A stretch of DNA of 62,442 nt, counting the filler, from Choristocarpus tenellus KU-1152 (taxonomy: Eukaryota; Protista; Phaeophyceae), in NCBI GenBank assembly GCA_964200185.2. It is 6 parts of 6 records of this genome, joined end to end, with 100 filler letters (N's around TTAATTAATTAA, not from the genome) between each part and the next. Parts side by side here need not be neighbours in the genome. Positions count along the whole stretch, not along the records: positions 23,675 to 53,135 come from CAXNAD020000108.1; positions 53,236 to 62,442 come from CAXNAD020003880.1; 4 more parts are not named here. One strand, given 5' to 3'. The notes beneath the pieces were generated by a model. It was not told the DNA's origin. It saw only the letters and a program-made list of their open reading frames with translations, and did no database searches. This document shows positions 49,001-61,300 of this stretch, one piece after another. Position 1 is the stretch's first letter; each line of letters begins with the position of its first letter. The position numbers and the translations under genes were made by a program.

Positions 49001-49567
49001 TTGTTGTTAACTAAGATGTGGTTAAGGACATGTGAAACGACCTGACATCAGTAAATGATGAAACACATTTCAAAATTCACCAAATTAACTTCAACAGGTT
49101 TGCTCTCAATGAGTATGAATATGGATCGCTGGAAAGAGGAAGGTCTATTTTTGAGGGACTTATGGGATCTTATCCTAAGAGGCTTGACCTGTGGAATGTT
49201 TATCTTGACAAAGAAATTAAGACTGGAGACAAGCGTGGGGCTAGAAACTTGTTCGAACGAATGGTAAGTTGTATTCTCACATGCCGTTTATGATGTTTTT
49301 TTTATCGGAACATGTATTTTGATAGAGTTACGCTGCCATTTCAATATGTTCTCTCGGAATATTGATATGAATGTATGGAAGCTAAAAAACCTATCAACTT
49401 ACAACCGTTTGATCTTTCTTGAACAGACCGGAATGAACTTCAAAGCTAAACGAATGAAGAGTGTGTTTAAAAAGTATCTTCAGTTTGAGGTGGATCATGG
49501 AGATGCGGAAGGTGTGGAGAATGTGAAGACAAAGGCGAAGGATTATGTGGCATCTCTCGCGGCTTAG
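31064..49567 (+). CDS. RRP5: rRNA biogenesis protein RRP5 (multiple S1 domains + C-terminal HAT/TPR repeats), ~36 exons
   Basis: N-terminal ELFPRG; repeated S1 motifs ([49 protein letters not shown]); acidic linker; HAT region [74 protein letters not shown]. Approximate exons: 31064-31327, 31658-31786, 32365-32565, 32978-33240, 33576-33732, 34064-34216, 34605-34736, 34931-35115, 35384-35629, 36155-36273, 36423-36578, 36883-37005, 37166-37785, 38010-38381, 38587-38655, 38860-38997, 39147-39341, 39465-39597, 39830-39951, 40406-40519, 40732-40938, 41084-41304, 42248-42450, 42720-42999, 43642-43833, 43941-44099, 45019-45188, 45721-45816, 46006-46418, 46604-46691, 47314-47427, 47598-47787, 48134-48214, 48816-48934, 49098-49263, 49427-49567. 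Confidence 0.96.
32691..32771 (+). ncRNA. SNORD24: Box C/D snoRNA U24 (SNORD24/snR24) in RRP5 intron
   Basis: Terminal stem GGTATC/GATACC; C ATGATGC, C' ATGACGA, D CTGA; guides ATATTTGCTACT and ACCACCAAGATC are antisense to adjacent LSU rRNA GAUCUUGGUGGUAGUAGCAAAUAU, the known U24 double target. Confidence 0.93.
35800..35860. repeat. Degenerate 21-bp tandem repeat (ATAGAAGCA core x3), intronic
   Basis: ATAGAAGCA at 21-bp spacing. Confidence 0.6.
35919..36000 (+). ncRNA. Candidate box C/D snoRNA with 18S rRNA antisense element
   Basis: C GTGATGA 35924-30, D' TTGA, C' ATGAAGA, 12-nt GCGACCATACTC (35979-90) antisense to SSU GAGUAUGGUCGC; variant D box ATGA; weak terminal stem. Confidence 0.6.
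40105..40272 (+). ncRNA. Candidate box H/ACA snoRNA in RRP5 intron
   Basis: Hairpin GGAGATGGAAGC/GCTTCCGTCTCT, H box AGAATA 40188-93, second hairpin CCAGCGC/GTGCTGG + CCAGG/CCTGG with an internal pocket 14 nt from ACA (40267-69). Confidence 0.6.
41386..41485 (+). ncRNA. SNR38: Box C/D snoRNA, snR38/SNORD1 homologue, copy 1
   Basis: Stem CACAC/GTGTG; C ATGACGA; D' guide AGTTATCCCTGT (41406-17) antisense to LSU ACAGGGAUAACU as in snR38/SNORD1; C' ATGACGA; D CTGA 41475-78. Confidence 0.85.
41936..42033 (+). ncRNA. SNR38: Box C/D snoRNA, snR38/SNORD1 homologue, copy 2
   Basis: Stem CTGC/GCAG; C GTGACGA; identical guide 41954-65; D' CTTA; C' ATGGTGA; D CTGA 42026-29; only boxes and guides are conserved with copy 1. 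Confidence 0.85.
47882..48041 (+). mobile_element. MITE-like family B, degenerate intronic copy
   Basis: GCAGCTCCCCATTTTGGGCC..CTGGTGTAGACCCCCC..CCCAGATACTCTGGGTC. Confidence 0.6.
48317..48398 (+). ncRNA. Box C/D snoRNA with guide to LSU peptidyl-transferase centre
   Basis: Stem AAGGC/GCTTT; canonical C ATGATGA 48324-30; 13-nt GCCAGTTATCCCT (48376-88) immediately 5' of D CTGA, antisense to LSU AGGGAUAACUGGC. Confidence 0.85.
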
Positions 49568-52370
49568 ATCTCTATTGTGTTTTTGTGTTGGGTATTCTAG
49601 TGAAGGACTGAAGCACCACCATTGTTCTCAAAATTTCTATTTTTCTGTGGTTAAGAATTTATTAAAATCGTGGCATTGATTCATGTAAAATTTTTGTTAG
49701 CATGTGTTTGTGATCACCTCTCTACCTCTGTGGTATGTAGGGAACTATTATTCGTGGTTGTGATAAGTCTTCATAGTTAACCTTTCTTTTTTTTATATTG
49801 CTCCAGTTGTTGAACTTGAGGCAGTTTGATTTGCATTCTTGATTAGGAAAAGGCTTCTACATGGAATATATAAGACATGTGTTTTCTTTGTTGAGGAGAA
49901 AATGAACCTAACATTAATAACTTGACATATCCCAGTTTTTATACTTACAAACCGTCACAAGGAGTATGATGTAGCAGAGGAATGTGCCTGATCAACAAGG
50001 ATGTCTCTGTGCACTGAGTCTCGATGTTCAGGTTGGCTGATATTTACAATACACAATATTATTGAAAGATCTGCAGCTCATGCATTTCATGGATAAGTTG
50101 CTTCTGTGACACTAATCTTCAAGTAAAACATACAGCCAACCCTCTCGAAGTAACCTTGCGAGACAGGTTGGCATACATGCTTTTTCCTTGAAGAAATTTA
50201 ACTTACTGTAAATTTTAAGTATTCTGTGGAGGCATTAATAGGAAGATGGGAGCAGTCGATTCTACTTTTGAGAGGGGAACATGAAAAGATGAAGGAGGTA
50301 TCTCCGTTGACAGAAATATTTGAAATTGTACGAGTAACTTTTGAAAGTTGTCCATTTACGGGAGGACCCTTTCAATCGAAATATTTAGAATATTTTTGAC
50401 GATGCGTTTGACTCAGTGTATGTATATTCCTAGTAGTAACTAGTTTTTGTAGCGAGACAATGCTTAAGCTTAGGGTTCGTACAATGTTGGCCCTAGAAGT
50501 GGGGATGAATTGTTGAAAGTCTATGTGAAGTATTCTGAAGTGCGGCCCAGACGGTCGTTTGTACTTACGCGTGGATAAAGGTCAATGAACAGCATAGATA
50601 GGAAGCGAGGAGATGGGGATATCGTCTAATAAGTGTTTAGGTTGGAATTTCGGGAGAGTGTGGAGGTTGTAGCTCAAAATACACGTCGTACTGGTAGCAT
50701 TGTGGGAGAAGATGTTTTTACCTTTGTGTTTAAATTGGAACATACAGCGCGCGCTCTGTTTGGAAAAAGCGGTTGAACCGGTGGATATTTTGGAAAAGAT
50801 TCAAAATGTATTAAAACCAAAAAGGTCTGTGGACGCGACGAGTTCTTATATAACTTAAGAGAGTATTTTTCCTGATAGGTGGTCATTGCGAAAAAATTAT
50901 GGCAGTGTTGATAATATTCGATGGAAGTTAATATATGGAGTAGAATGGCAATTATTTGCTGACTCTTCGCTAGTTGGATGTTTTTTTCAAAACTGTTGGT
51001 AACGTTTTCCAAACGTTTGTTAAATATAGAAATGCCTATATTCACTACCCTGTGTTAACAAAAAGTCTTACCTGCTCCCCTCACTCCACCGTAAAATCTT
51101 TTCTGAGGCACCAATCGCCACAAAAATGGTAAGACAAATTGAATAGGCTTAGTGGAACGCACTATAAATTCTATTGCTCGTTTTCCTTTGTAATTTTAGT
51201 GTTGTTCTGTTTCCTCCTTCTACATCCTCTCTTGGTGACATGTCGTAGTGGCAGCCACAACCAATTCCTTCCTACATTGCAAGTTGGATTGGGAGTCGCT
51301 GCCTTGTGTCCTCTCAAGCAAAATAGTCTCTGTTACTCTGATACCGCTCATTTTGTGTGCCCCATGCTTACCATCAAAAATGGCAATGCATCTTAATCGA
51401 AGAAGACAATGACTGAAACTGTGGACTTTGACGGAAGGGAGATTGCTCAGAAAGAGACCTGTGGTGACGATCATAGTATGCTGGAGAGAACATCAGTCCA
51501 CCACCTGAGAATGATGCCTATTGCAATTATCCTGGAGAGGATGTTATTCCAACCGACCAAAGAAAGGTACAATCGATACAGAGGGCATTGGTGCTTACCA
51601 TAGTCTTAATGGAACACTCCATTTAACTTTCCTTGGGAATTATGTCATGAGGTGGTCGAGCATCGTCCTTGGCAACTGTTTAAAACTAATCATCCAGAAC
51701 AGTGTGAACACCATCGCCAAGTGCATTGAAGAGAAGGGCTACCTTGACCACTGCACTGTGTCAGTCATGTTCAATTCGCTACCTCCCCCAATGGTGATTG
51801 GCTCAACAAGTTGACAGTCCGCATTTGGGATCGATTGCACAGGGTTTTGGCTGTCAAATTGGCCAAAGCGAAATGCCCCCAAGAGTGAATATTTCCAGTT
51901 GCCAGTTAAGGTGCCAGTTAAGGTGGATTGATCGCTCTTTGGGGTTATAGGTGGCGGAAAGCTTGGTGGTATGTAGTTAATTAAACAGTTCTATTCTAGC
52001 TTTCCTCTAAACAGCTTTCCTTGTTCACTCCATTTTTTTTTTCAAACGTTCCTCTTCCCGCTTGGACTCAAACTGAAATTGCCCCTGAGCTGTTGCATCT
52101 ATGGTTAGGTTGATTGGCATCAACACTAATACCTTTTTACGTCACTTTTAATCTTTCCCAAGGCGTGAATTAGGTGACTGGCACTCTTGTTCAGTAACGT
52201 ACCTTTGACAAGATTTGGTTTAGTACAAGATACTATATTTATTGAGTGTGAATTTGACAGTGACGGGGCTGAGCCCAAGGTGTCTGACATGGTCAATGTC
52301 AGACACAGGGAGAGTTTATTTGTTCTGCGTACCTATTGTATCAGGTGAGGTTGCTGTCATGAGGAAGCTT

Positions 52371-52630
52371 GAGCCAAAATATCTTAGAGGGTAGAGCCTT
52401 GTCATATTTGGGGACCAAAATCTGATGATGCGATTTTCATATAGGTTTGGCTACTGTGTTTGTTAGGAAGTGTCAATATCCATGTTCCAGACACACCTTA
52501 TCATAACGTATACATTTACCTACTCCGAAACATTTCGGATTAGGTAAAATGTGATTTTTAAAAACGTGGGAAGCCAAGCCCCAAATGGACAAACAGGGCA
52601 AAACTCGTACCATCTGAATTACTTTCACTC
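52371..52630 (-). mobile_element. MITE-like family A, copy 5 (reverse orientation)
   Basis: Reverse complement core TTGTTAGGAAGTGTCAATATCC and GGGAAGCCAAGCCCCAAATGGACAAACAGGGCAAAAC; ends ATCTTAGAGGGTAG and TTACTTTCACTC. Confidence 0.8.
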
Positions 52631-53459
52631 TTTGTTTTTGTCGCGTTCATTTCAGATGTTCACCACTTGCTCTGTTCCATTACATACCATTCTTCAACTA
52701 CACAAATGATTTAATGTTCCCTCCACCCCCTGTAACACCATGCTCTTGTTAGGTTGTTTAAGCTGGTGGGGAACCGCCCACAAATCCTATATTTGCCCTT
52801 GTACCTCAACATTAACAACCACATGAGCCAGGTGGCGGTGAATACACTTCACACACACACGCGCGCGCGCGCGCATACACAACCTGCTTACGTCAGGACC
52901 AAGTATGAGTTTCACCCGAAAGTTGGGAAGAAAGATCGGTCAAAATAGACTCGATCACCAGGAGGTTTGGTGATGTGGCTAATGTGGTGTACGACATATT
53001 TCCTGAGAAGATTGAGCGATCATTAATTCTGAATATGTGGTTTTCCTACGATTAAACAAAAATATTTATTACTGTGAAACAGGTGGAAACAGCCGACAGG
53101 TTCTTCGTAATGAAGGGGAGCGGGAAGACCCACAGNNNNNNNNNNNNNNNNNNNNNNNNNNNNNNNNNNNNNNNNNNNNTTAATTAATTAANNNNNNNNN
53201 NNNNNNNNNNNNNNNNNNNNNNNNNNNNNNNNNNNGGTAGGTATGTTGTTCAGAGGGGTTAAAAGTGCTAGGGGAGGCGTTCATGCTCGGAAGGGGTTGC
53301 GAGGGGATTTGTACAAGCGTGTGTCCGCTCTTCTAGCCAGACAAATGCTACCTGATCTCTTCTCATCCCCCCCTTACAATAACAGCATGTGATACCTCCT
53401 CCATCGCAGAGTTTTACACAAAATCCACATCAGCACCCACCCAACGCCATCCCTCATAC

Positions 53460-56400
53460 CTGGGGAGAAATTGTAGCTTGGATATGCTTCCCTCGTGTGC
53501 AAGCATGGACAGGTGCAGCCGCCGTTCACTCAGGTCCCAAAGCCGCACCCTACCATCCCCACCGGCCGAGGCTAGAATCGGGAGTTCCGCTGAGGAGGCG
53601 TCCGTACGAAAGGTGAGACTCGTAACTGCCACTTCTTGCCGGAAGCTTATCAGCAAAAAATCTGTACGGAGGTTGATCACCTGAGGGACACGACAAAAAA
53701 CAGTACAAAACGTGAGGGTTAGGGTTAGGGTTTGTTCTAGGAGTGGAAGCACAGGAGGGGAGGGGATGAAACGGTAAGGCGGGCAAACGAGTTTGCCATC
53801 CAAAGGGTAAAAAGGGGTTCTGAGAGATCAGGCGATATCGCAAGAGAGCTGTACACGCATTGGCGAGAGGGTACGCTTGTCAGCACCGTGTTGACAATGA
53901 CAAAATCTCTTTTCGGATGTCTGCTTCACATCACGGCACAGACCCTGTCTATGTAGCCGACGGTCACTTGTCCACTTGTCCGCTTGCATTTAGTCACGGG
54001 AATGCCTGGGTTCAAACCCCTGGTTTCTGAGGTCAGAATTTCTTTTGCAGGAAAATTGGCTCTTTTTTATTTATTTTATATATGCAACGCATTGCAAGGG
54101 CGGTCCGTGATAAGGTACACCTGTACCTTTCTGTCTTGCATGGAAGTGTGTATTACTGACGATCAGAGAGATCTGGATCACAGTGGAAAAGATTCATCGT
54201 GGGTGGAGGGAGCGCGCAGCAGATTTGAGCGAGGAGGCGGGGCGGCAAGGCAGTGGGGCGGCTGGACCAAACACATGAGTAAAGATCAAGGCACAAACAG
54301 GGTGGTGCAAGTAGTCGAGTTAGTAGCAGAACAGATAGTTTGCAGGGTTAGAAAGAGTAGTGCAGTGTAGATTGCCACCGGGTAGGGTGGAGGTAGTGGA
54401 AGAAGTTTCCAGACAAAAAGTGAGCAACTAACAATAGCAGTAGTAGAAGTAGTAGTAATATAATAACATTCCATCCTGCTTGAGTCTCAGCCTTGGGTGA
54501 CTACCACAGTACTTGGTGCTCTTGAAGTATCAATGTACTATACCTTCAAAGCCCCCAAAAAATGTTTACCGTTTCAAAAAAAGGTATACACGAATCAGGA
54601 GTTCATGAAACACTTTTCAGGTATGTCCAGCACAACATACTGAATCGCTGTGTCAGTACAGGAGCCCAAAACCCCCCAAAAGGAGGCAAACAAAGGATAA
54701 GGGGGGGGGCCAGAAGAATGTTGCATTTGTCGTAATGTGTTCCAGCAATGGCTTTGCATCCGTTTTGTAAGGAATAGAGTGTCTTTCCCTTCCGTAGTAA
54801 TGAATATATTACGCCACAAGTACGTATCCCCCCATTGATGACTTGACAATCAAAAAGATCAGTACATGACCGCAATGCCACAGGACAGTGAAAGGATCAG
54901 TACATGACACACAACTCCCATGGTGAATTGCACTACCACAAATGCACGTAGGCATGTGATAGCATCCTTGATGAAGCACCGGAGGACCTACAAGTAGGAT
55001 CAACACAGTTTTCCATAAAACAACACAACTTCCACCAACCCAAAAAGTAAATGGCATTATCTGTTGCTTGCTCGGGAGTCGCATACAGCAACATAGAATT
55101 GCTACTTCTCTAGCAAACCTTTAAGTGTATGACACATTGCGATCGCCATTCTATCCCCTTTTCAAGCATCTGATCCCTGCATACTAACGCTACTGTCTCA
55201 ATGACACAGAACATGAGTATGCACCAAATACTCGCAAAAACAAGCCCTAACCCTAACCCCGAACCTAAGCATACACAAGCAAATGAGAAAACTGAAACTT
55301 TCATTTTGTTTTGCCTGCCCAACTGATCATTACCTGCACCCTTCCATCAGTCAATCCCACAGCTGCCACATCCAGGGCAGGCGAAGGTTCAATGCAAGTC
55401 ACACCAGACCCCCCTGACTCCAGCGATCGGTACGTGTGCACACGCCTGTCACATGATGTGATGATGGCGGGGGCAGCCGCAGTGGCATGGGGAGGTCAAT
55501 GACCTCTTCGTGACGGAGAGGATGAATCAGAGGCAGTTGCACACACTTCTGAAAACTACAAAGACTGCCAATAAGCAGTAAGAGGACAGGGGTAGTAAGA
55601 GACGTGAACAAACACTCTTAATTACACTGACAAATACTAGCCACTAACTACAGGAATGTCTTGAGTGCTGTGGAGAGAGGAGTGGAGTGGAGGGTGTCTA
55701 GGTAGGCTTGGAGGGCGGCTAGGAAGGATCCAAAGATGTGACAATCAGAGTTACACAAGCTTCCTACCTCCCTACACGGATATTCCACAGCTGCATTTCA
55801 CCCCCCTCCGAACCCACCACCACCTTGTTTAGGTAAGTGGGGGGGTGGGCGAGTGCACTGGGTATGAAGCCAGCCTCCAAAGATGCATCACAGGTGATGA
55901 TTCCGTTGCCATCTGCTTCACCTCGTCCTTCCACACGACGACGCTTGAGATCCCAAGTCTTTAGCTCTCCCTGTTCGCACAGAGAGACCAGCACCTCTCC
56001 CAAGCAAAGGAGGAAGCGAACCTGGCATTGTTGCATGGGGGAGGATGTGGTTGAGCAATTGTGTACAGCGATGTGCACACGGTTGCATTGTCTGGGCCCC
56101 GGCATGATCGAGCACAGCTCTTTTGAAGACACCTTAGTGTCTCTAGGCGACTACCAACACGGGGCGTGTACTTACCCTACAATATCAAACAGGTTGCAAC
56201 ACAAAGATGTCGAGGGGAGAATGTCCGTGGTAGTGGACTGGCTTACCGTTCCAGGGTGGGTCCCCAGCGTCCCCAGGCAGGCCAGCCGACGCCACTCTAA
56301 TATTTTACAACCAGAACCCACGTAAGTGTGCTCGTCACCGCGGGAGGCAAGGCATGATACTCGCTTACTCATTGGGGGAGAGACCAGGACGACTCTAAGG

Positions 56401-56779
56401 TGGTCACATCGATAGACCTGTGGGACATTGTTCGAGGGTGTGGGTGAAAAAGGAGGGAGGAAATGTGTTAATGAGACTGCCTAAGACATCGTTGGAAAAA
56501 GGGGAAATGCAGGGCACAAGGCTAGACGCCCCCAAGGTTGGCGACGCTCAAAGCTATTCCCCATTCTTGCCCTCATGGCAAACCAACACATTTTGTGTGC
56601 GGAGAGCAGACCTGGAAAGCCCTATCAATGGATACTGTGAGGAAGCATTCGTCTCCCAGTCGATTCAGCACAAAAGGGAGTGCATCCGTCACCACACCAA
56701 GAGCACGAAAGGGGTAGTAGAGGCGAGAGGACGTAGTTGTGGCCATGGCAGGGTCGACTCCATCGCCTGTATCAGTCAT
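53460..56779 (-). CDS. UTP21: U3 snoRNP-associated WD40 protein UTP21/WDR36, first five exons; remainder lost in gap
   Basis: SRLYYPFRALGVVTDALPF, LAHPPTYLNKVVVGSEGGEMQLWNIR, IEPSPALDVAAVGLTDG, VTSLTFRTD are UTP21 signature motifs; approximate exons 56612-56779, 56247-56417, ~55768-56021, ~55334-55529, ~53460-53680. Confidence 0.92.
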
Positions 56780-57216
56780 TGGGGCTTCCAAATCACCACC
56801 CTTACCCAGCTTTCGTCTAAATTGGGGTCAACACAAACAGGAGCAGGGGCTATCTCTCTTTGCGCCTAGTCCAAAGGGGCATCCATTCGTAGTCAATCGA
56901 TGGTGTGTGGTACACCAAAGTACAAGATTAAATACTACTACTGTTGTTGGTCCTTGCTTTGTTGCTTTAGGGTTAGGGTTTATTGCTACCATCCACATTT
57001 CTACCTTGTATTGTAACATCATTATTAGTAGGAACAATCCACATTCGACCTCTGGTCTCAGAGGTGTCCAAGATCAACCTGTCCAGTGGCACAATCTCTT
57101 CGCCTGGCCTGAGGAGGAAAACGCAACAAAAAATCGCCGCGAACTTGTTAGGACCCTAGATACTATCTTTGGCAAGCGTCCACTTATCCTCTTAGTCAAG
57201 AAACATACTTGAAGGG
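56780..57216. promoter_or_regulatory. Putative bidirectional promoter region UTP21 / C1D
   Basis: Only ~437 bp between divergent start codons on one contig; contains TTAGGGTTAGGGTTT at 56967-81. Confidence 0.5.
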
Positions 57217-58332
57217 ATGGCTGACCTCAATTCCTTAGAAAACTTTGAACGGGCGCTGGGGCACATACGCAACAGGTAGCAATAGCCTATTTTCCTCTTC
57301 TATTGAAGCACTGCTGCATACTTAAGACCTGGTGCCCTGCCGATGCGCTATTGCCGGTTGACCCTTGCCCACCCTTCCCACCACCCCTGCCGCTTAACAG
57401 TGTTTGTCGGAAGATTGATCCCCACCGTTCGTATTCGTACAGGCGACACTTGACGGGCCCTTGGTGCTATTTTTACTGTCTCTTACAGGGATTTTGACGC
57501 TGTATTCTCCTCCCCACACTACCCTGACTTCTCCCAGAGTGAGGCCCCTTACTCGAATGAGCAAAGACGAGACAAGCAGCTGCCTCGCGCAGGCTGACCG
57601 TGCGAAGCTGAGCCTGACGCTAGCCTACGGTATCTCGTCTCTCTTCTACATGTTCCTCAAGACTCAGGGGGTGTCACCGAAGGACCACCCAGTCAAAGAG
57701 GAGCTCGACCGGATCAGGTATGCGTTGCCATAGATGTCACACGGATCCAACACGTCCTAGGCCACCCCTGACGCCTCTCCCGTCGTTTTGATCGATCTAC
57801 ACGGGGCAGGGCATACATGGGGCGTCTGAAGACCGTGGGTGCACCTGCAAAAGAAAGAAACCTCAAAGTGGACAAAGAGGCAAGTCGCCGTTTCATCGAA
57901 AACGCGCTAGCAGGTGACAATGTCTGGCGAACAGCAACGAAAGGACCAAAACCACAGAAGCTGCAGAATGGGGGAGAGGATGGGAGGGGAGGGAAGGGCC
58001 ATTACAACTCTGTAGGAGAAGCAAGAGAGAGTCCAGGACACGGGTCTTGGACACCAGGTTCCAACAGGAAACGCAAACGTGAAGGCGGTGAACTAGATGG
58101 TGATGGAGGTTCCAGGGCGTTAACTACACTCAATGGGGAAAATCAAGAGGGTAAGGCAACGGGTGTGAGTGGGGCACGCAAGGGAGATTTTGCAGGTGCA
58201 AATAGGTTAGAACAGACAACACCTCAACCTATATTTCAACATCAGTGGAATCGTTCGGGCAACAAGGGAAAGGGAAAAGCAAAAGGAAAGGGAAAATCGA
58301 AAGGAAAGGCTTTTGAGAAGCTGCCGAGGTAG
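57217..58332 (+). CDS. C1D: Nuclear exosome cofactor C1D/Rrp47 (Sas10/C1D domain) with basic C-terminal tail
   Basis: Exons 57217-57275, 57538-57717, 57810-58332 join in phase; DRAKLSLTLAYGISSLFYMFLKTQGVSPKDHPVKEELDRIRAYMGRLK..LKVDKEASRRFIENAL is the C1D/Rrp47 consensus. Confidence 0.92.
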
Positions 58333-61300
58333 TCCTCTATATCTCTAGTATGACTGGTCCTTTCTGTGAATCTCAAAAGGGGGGAGGAGCATTTGTATAA
58401 AGCGAAAGAGTCGATAGAGGGCAGTTTTGACGCTTCGCAAGGTTACCTTGAAATTGAACCCTATGCTTGCTTCTTCTGCTACTCTGTTGTCAAGGAGGCA
58501 AGCAAGATTAGACAGGTGTTTTGATGTGATTATTAATGTTTATGACTCAAGATAGCCACACCCACTATCTGGAGTATTACATGTAGGAGGACTCCGTCTG
58601 TGACCAAATACTTACATCTGAGGCCCAACGCCATGTGCAGAAAACACATGTGTGTTCCAAATGTGTGATGATTGTGGTAGTACTTTGCCCAGCTTCTGAA
58701 ACTACTGCTTCCACGATTTGTAACCAATGACATTCCCATAGTTGAAAGCAAGGATATCAACAGCCGTCAACCTTGCTCACACAACAATTGAATCATGACC
58801 AAGGGGCTTACCTCCTATCAACACCTTCATGTACATGTGAAACCCATTAATCTTCCATATTAGGATGGGTAGTGGGCAAATGCTTCGAGCAGGACAGTAA
58901 GGGTCTCACGAGTGGGATTTCACCATCTTTAATTTTAAGCTGCTGAATTGGTTCCCTGACTATCCAGGTTTTTTGACCCATGGTTTTGTAGGCATGTGCT
59001 CGGATAATGCCTCAGAGTGTCCTAATTGGTACGATACATCTACCCATCCAAGTGCGTCCAAAAAAAATGGCATAAAGCCCAAATTCGCCTGTCAGTCAAC
59101 ACTTGAAGAGCCCTCTAGCAGCAAGAATCATAAGCAGTATGGGAGAAATATGGATAACTATACTAAGCACAGGTGGGTTGCCTGTATCTCCCATCAAGAT
59201 AGTATGCTCTCAAGAAACCCCATATATCTCTTATTTTTCTGCTGTCTGCAGCTAGGGGATGTAAATGGATCTTGTTGCTTCCTTGTAGTTGTCCCCATGG
59301 GGTTGGAATGGATATGACAATCAGGTTGTGGATCTCTGCCGTTGTATTCCTACTACTTGATACAATTAAGCAGGTAGTGTCCACAATCATACAATGCTCA
59401 GACTTTTCGATTCTAGTGAGTGGGAAAAGGCTCAAATCCGCATCGTGTACTTACAACTCATGCACATCCGCACTCTCCTACATGTGTATTTGTATCATAT
59501 TACCCCGGAGTACTTAAGAAATGGCAATGTTAGGTGTGGAGTTGTGTTTTTTGCTTTGAAAGAATCAGTGTGCTCATTGTGCAGGATTACTCAGGGAAAT
59601 AAGTTCATATTCTTTAGACCAGGCGCTTCCCATGAACTTGAAATGCCTGACCCATTCTAATATCATGTTTCCATTTCCTCTCCTGTGTGTCCAACATCCC
59701 ATATCTTAAGATGGGGTGCACGATTTATTTTTCCTAGCAAAACGTTGCCGTTGTGAACATTATACAAGGGAAGCAGTATCCAAACGGAATCCACTATGCC
59801 CCTAAGTCCAAGCACCATTGTGTGCAGAATATATAGCAAAAGGCGACACCTGATTCAACTTACACACCCTTCTTGGATGATGTTTCAAAATTGGCGTTTC
59901 AAACTAACCAGACTTATTTTGCCAGGCCACCCCTGCCTAATTGCAAGTCAATGCACAAGCGTGTAACCTGCTCTTCTGCAACTTGGAATTTCCGGGGTAG
60001 GCAGGTAGGTACTTCAAGTATGGTTCTAAATAGAGTCAACTTCCTTTTCACAACATTTGTAGGGTAGACAGTATATTAGTACTAGCAACCGTTCCCTTGC
60101 CTTGCCCTGGCCTTCATGCCTGTCATTTGACATATCATGATGCACCTGTCTCACACTGTAACTGACCTCTTCCCAGCAAAATTTTTCATATCTGGACTAC
60201 AGTATTCGTTTTGTCTACATTCATTATAGTATTCTTGCTGCATGCACTACCTCCAGAACGCTTTGAAGTACTAAGGAGTACTCAGTAAGTATTTTGTGGA
60301 TACTGAGGAGACTTCACATTGCTCCAAGTGACTGGCTGTGGCAGTGGTTGCTCAATTGTTTTCCGAAGGAACTGCTTTGAAATACAAATATTGCTTGGAA
60401 TGAACACAAACCTTAACACGGTGCTTTCTTATTTAGGGGCGTGAAGTCAGCGACCCGCTCGCTTATTATTTGGAAAAAAATCTGATTTCAACATTGTAAG
60501 AAACCGGAGGTCAGCGGAGTGGTCTAACACTATCCATTTATCCCAAACGGGTATATCGAATTCCAAATATGCCATCAAAGTATTAACACATTTCTCAGCC
60601 AGACCATACTGCCAACTAAAGCGAAACTCTCTGTGTAACGTTGATGAATAACATCAACGGCATCCACCCCAAAACATTAAACTTAACCACGTGAAACGGG
60701 TGAAGAACCACGGCAAGGACCAGGTGAGTGAAAAAACTTGAGTCGGGAAGTGCATAATAGACCTATGAAACACAGGTAGGTATAAGAGATCCACACTGGG
60801 TAGCTGCCAACGCAACCTGAGCAAAGAGGGGAGCAATGAAGCAATTGGAAAAGTGTGCAAGCACACAGAGGAGGGCCTACAAATGAAGGGTGGTGCTTGC
60901 CAATCCTCACTATGTTGCTTGATGCTGGGAACAAATTAACCAAATTAATCACGACTACCCTAACATGTCTCAACAGGACCTCCCACAAATAACAACCGAG
61001 ACCACCCTCCCTTGTCCCATGGAGCCACACACAAGTTGCTGATGGTTGATCTTATCATCATACATCCTCTCAAAAAGAACAAAAGCAATTCCGTTCATAA
61101 TCCGTGTAAATACACCTCTAGACGACCAACTATCATCCATAAAGTATCTCTTTTTACCGCTCAGTAGGAAGAGGAAAAACATCCTTTTTTGGTCTTACCA
61201 CCACCAGATTAATGGGGGACAGACTCGTATTGCTGCACTCACACAACACAATGAGAAGTTTTAAGGAAGACACAATGTGAGCTGTGTAGCTCAAATGGCT

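Noticed and set aside
60505-60570. tRNA-like D-loop motif GGAGTGGTCTAA (also GTAGCTCAAATGG at ~61286)
   Set aside because: No acceptor stem or proper T arm
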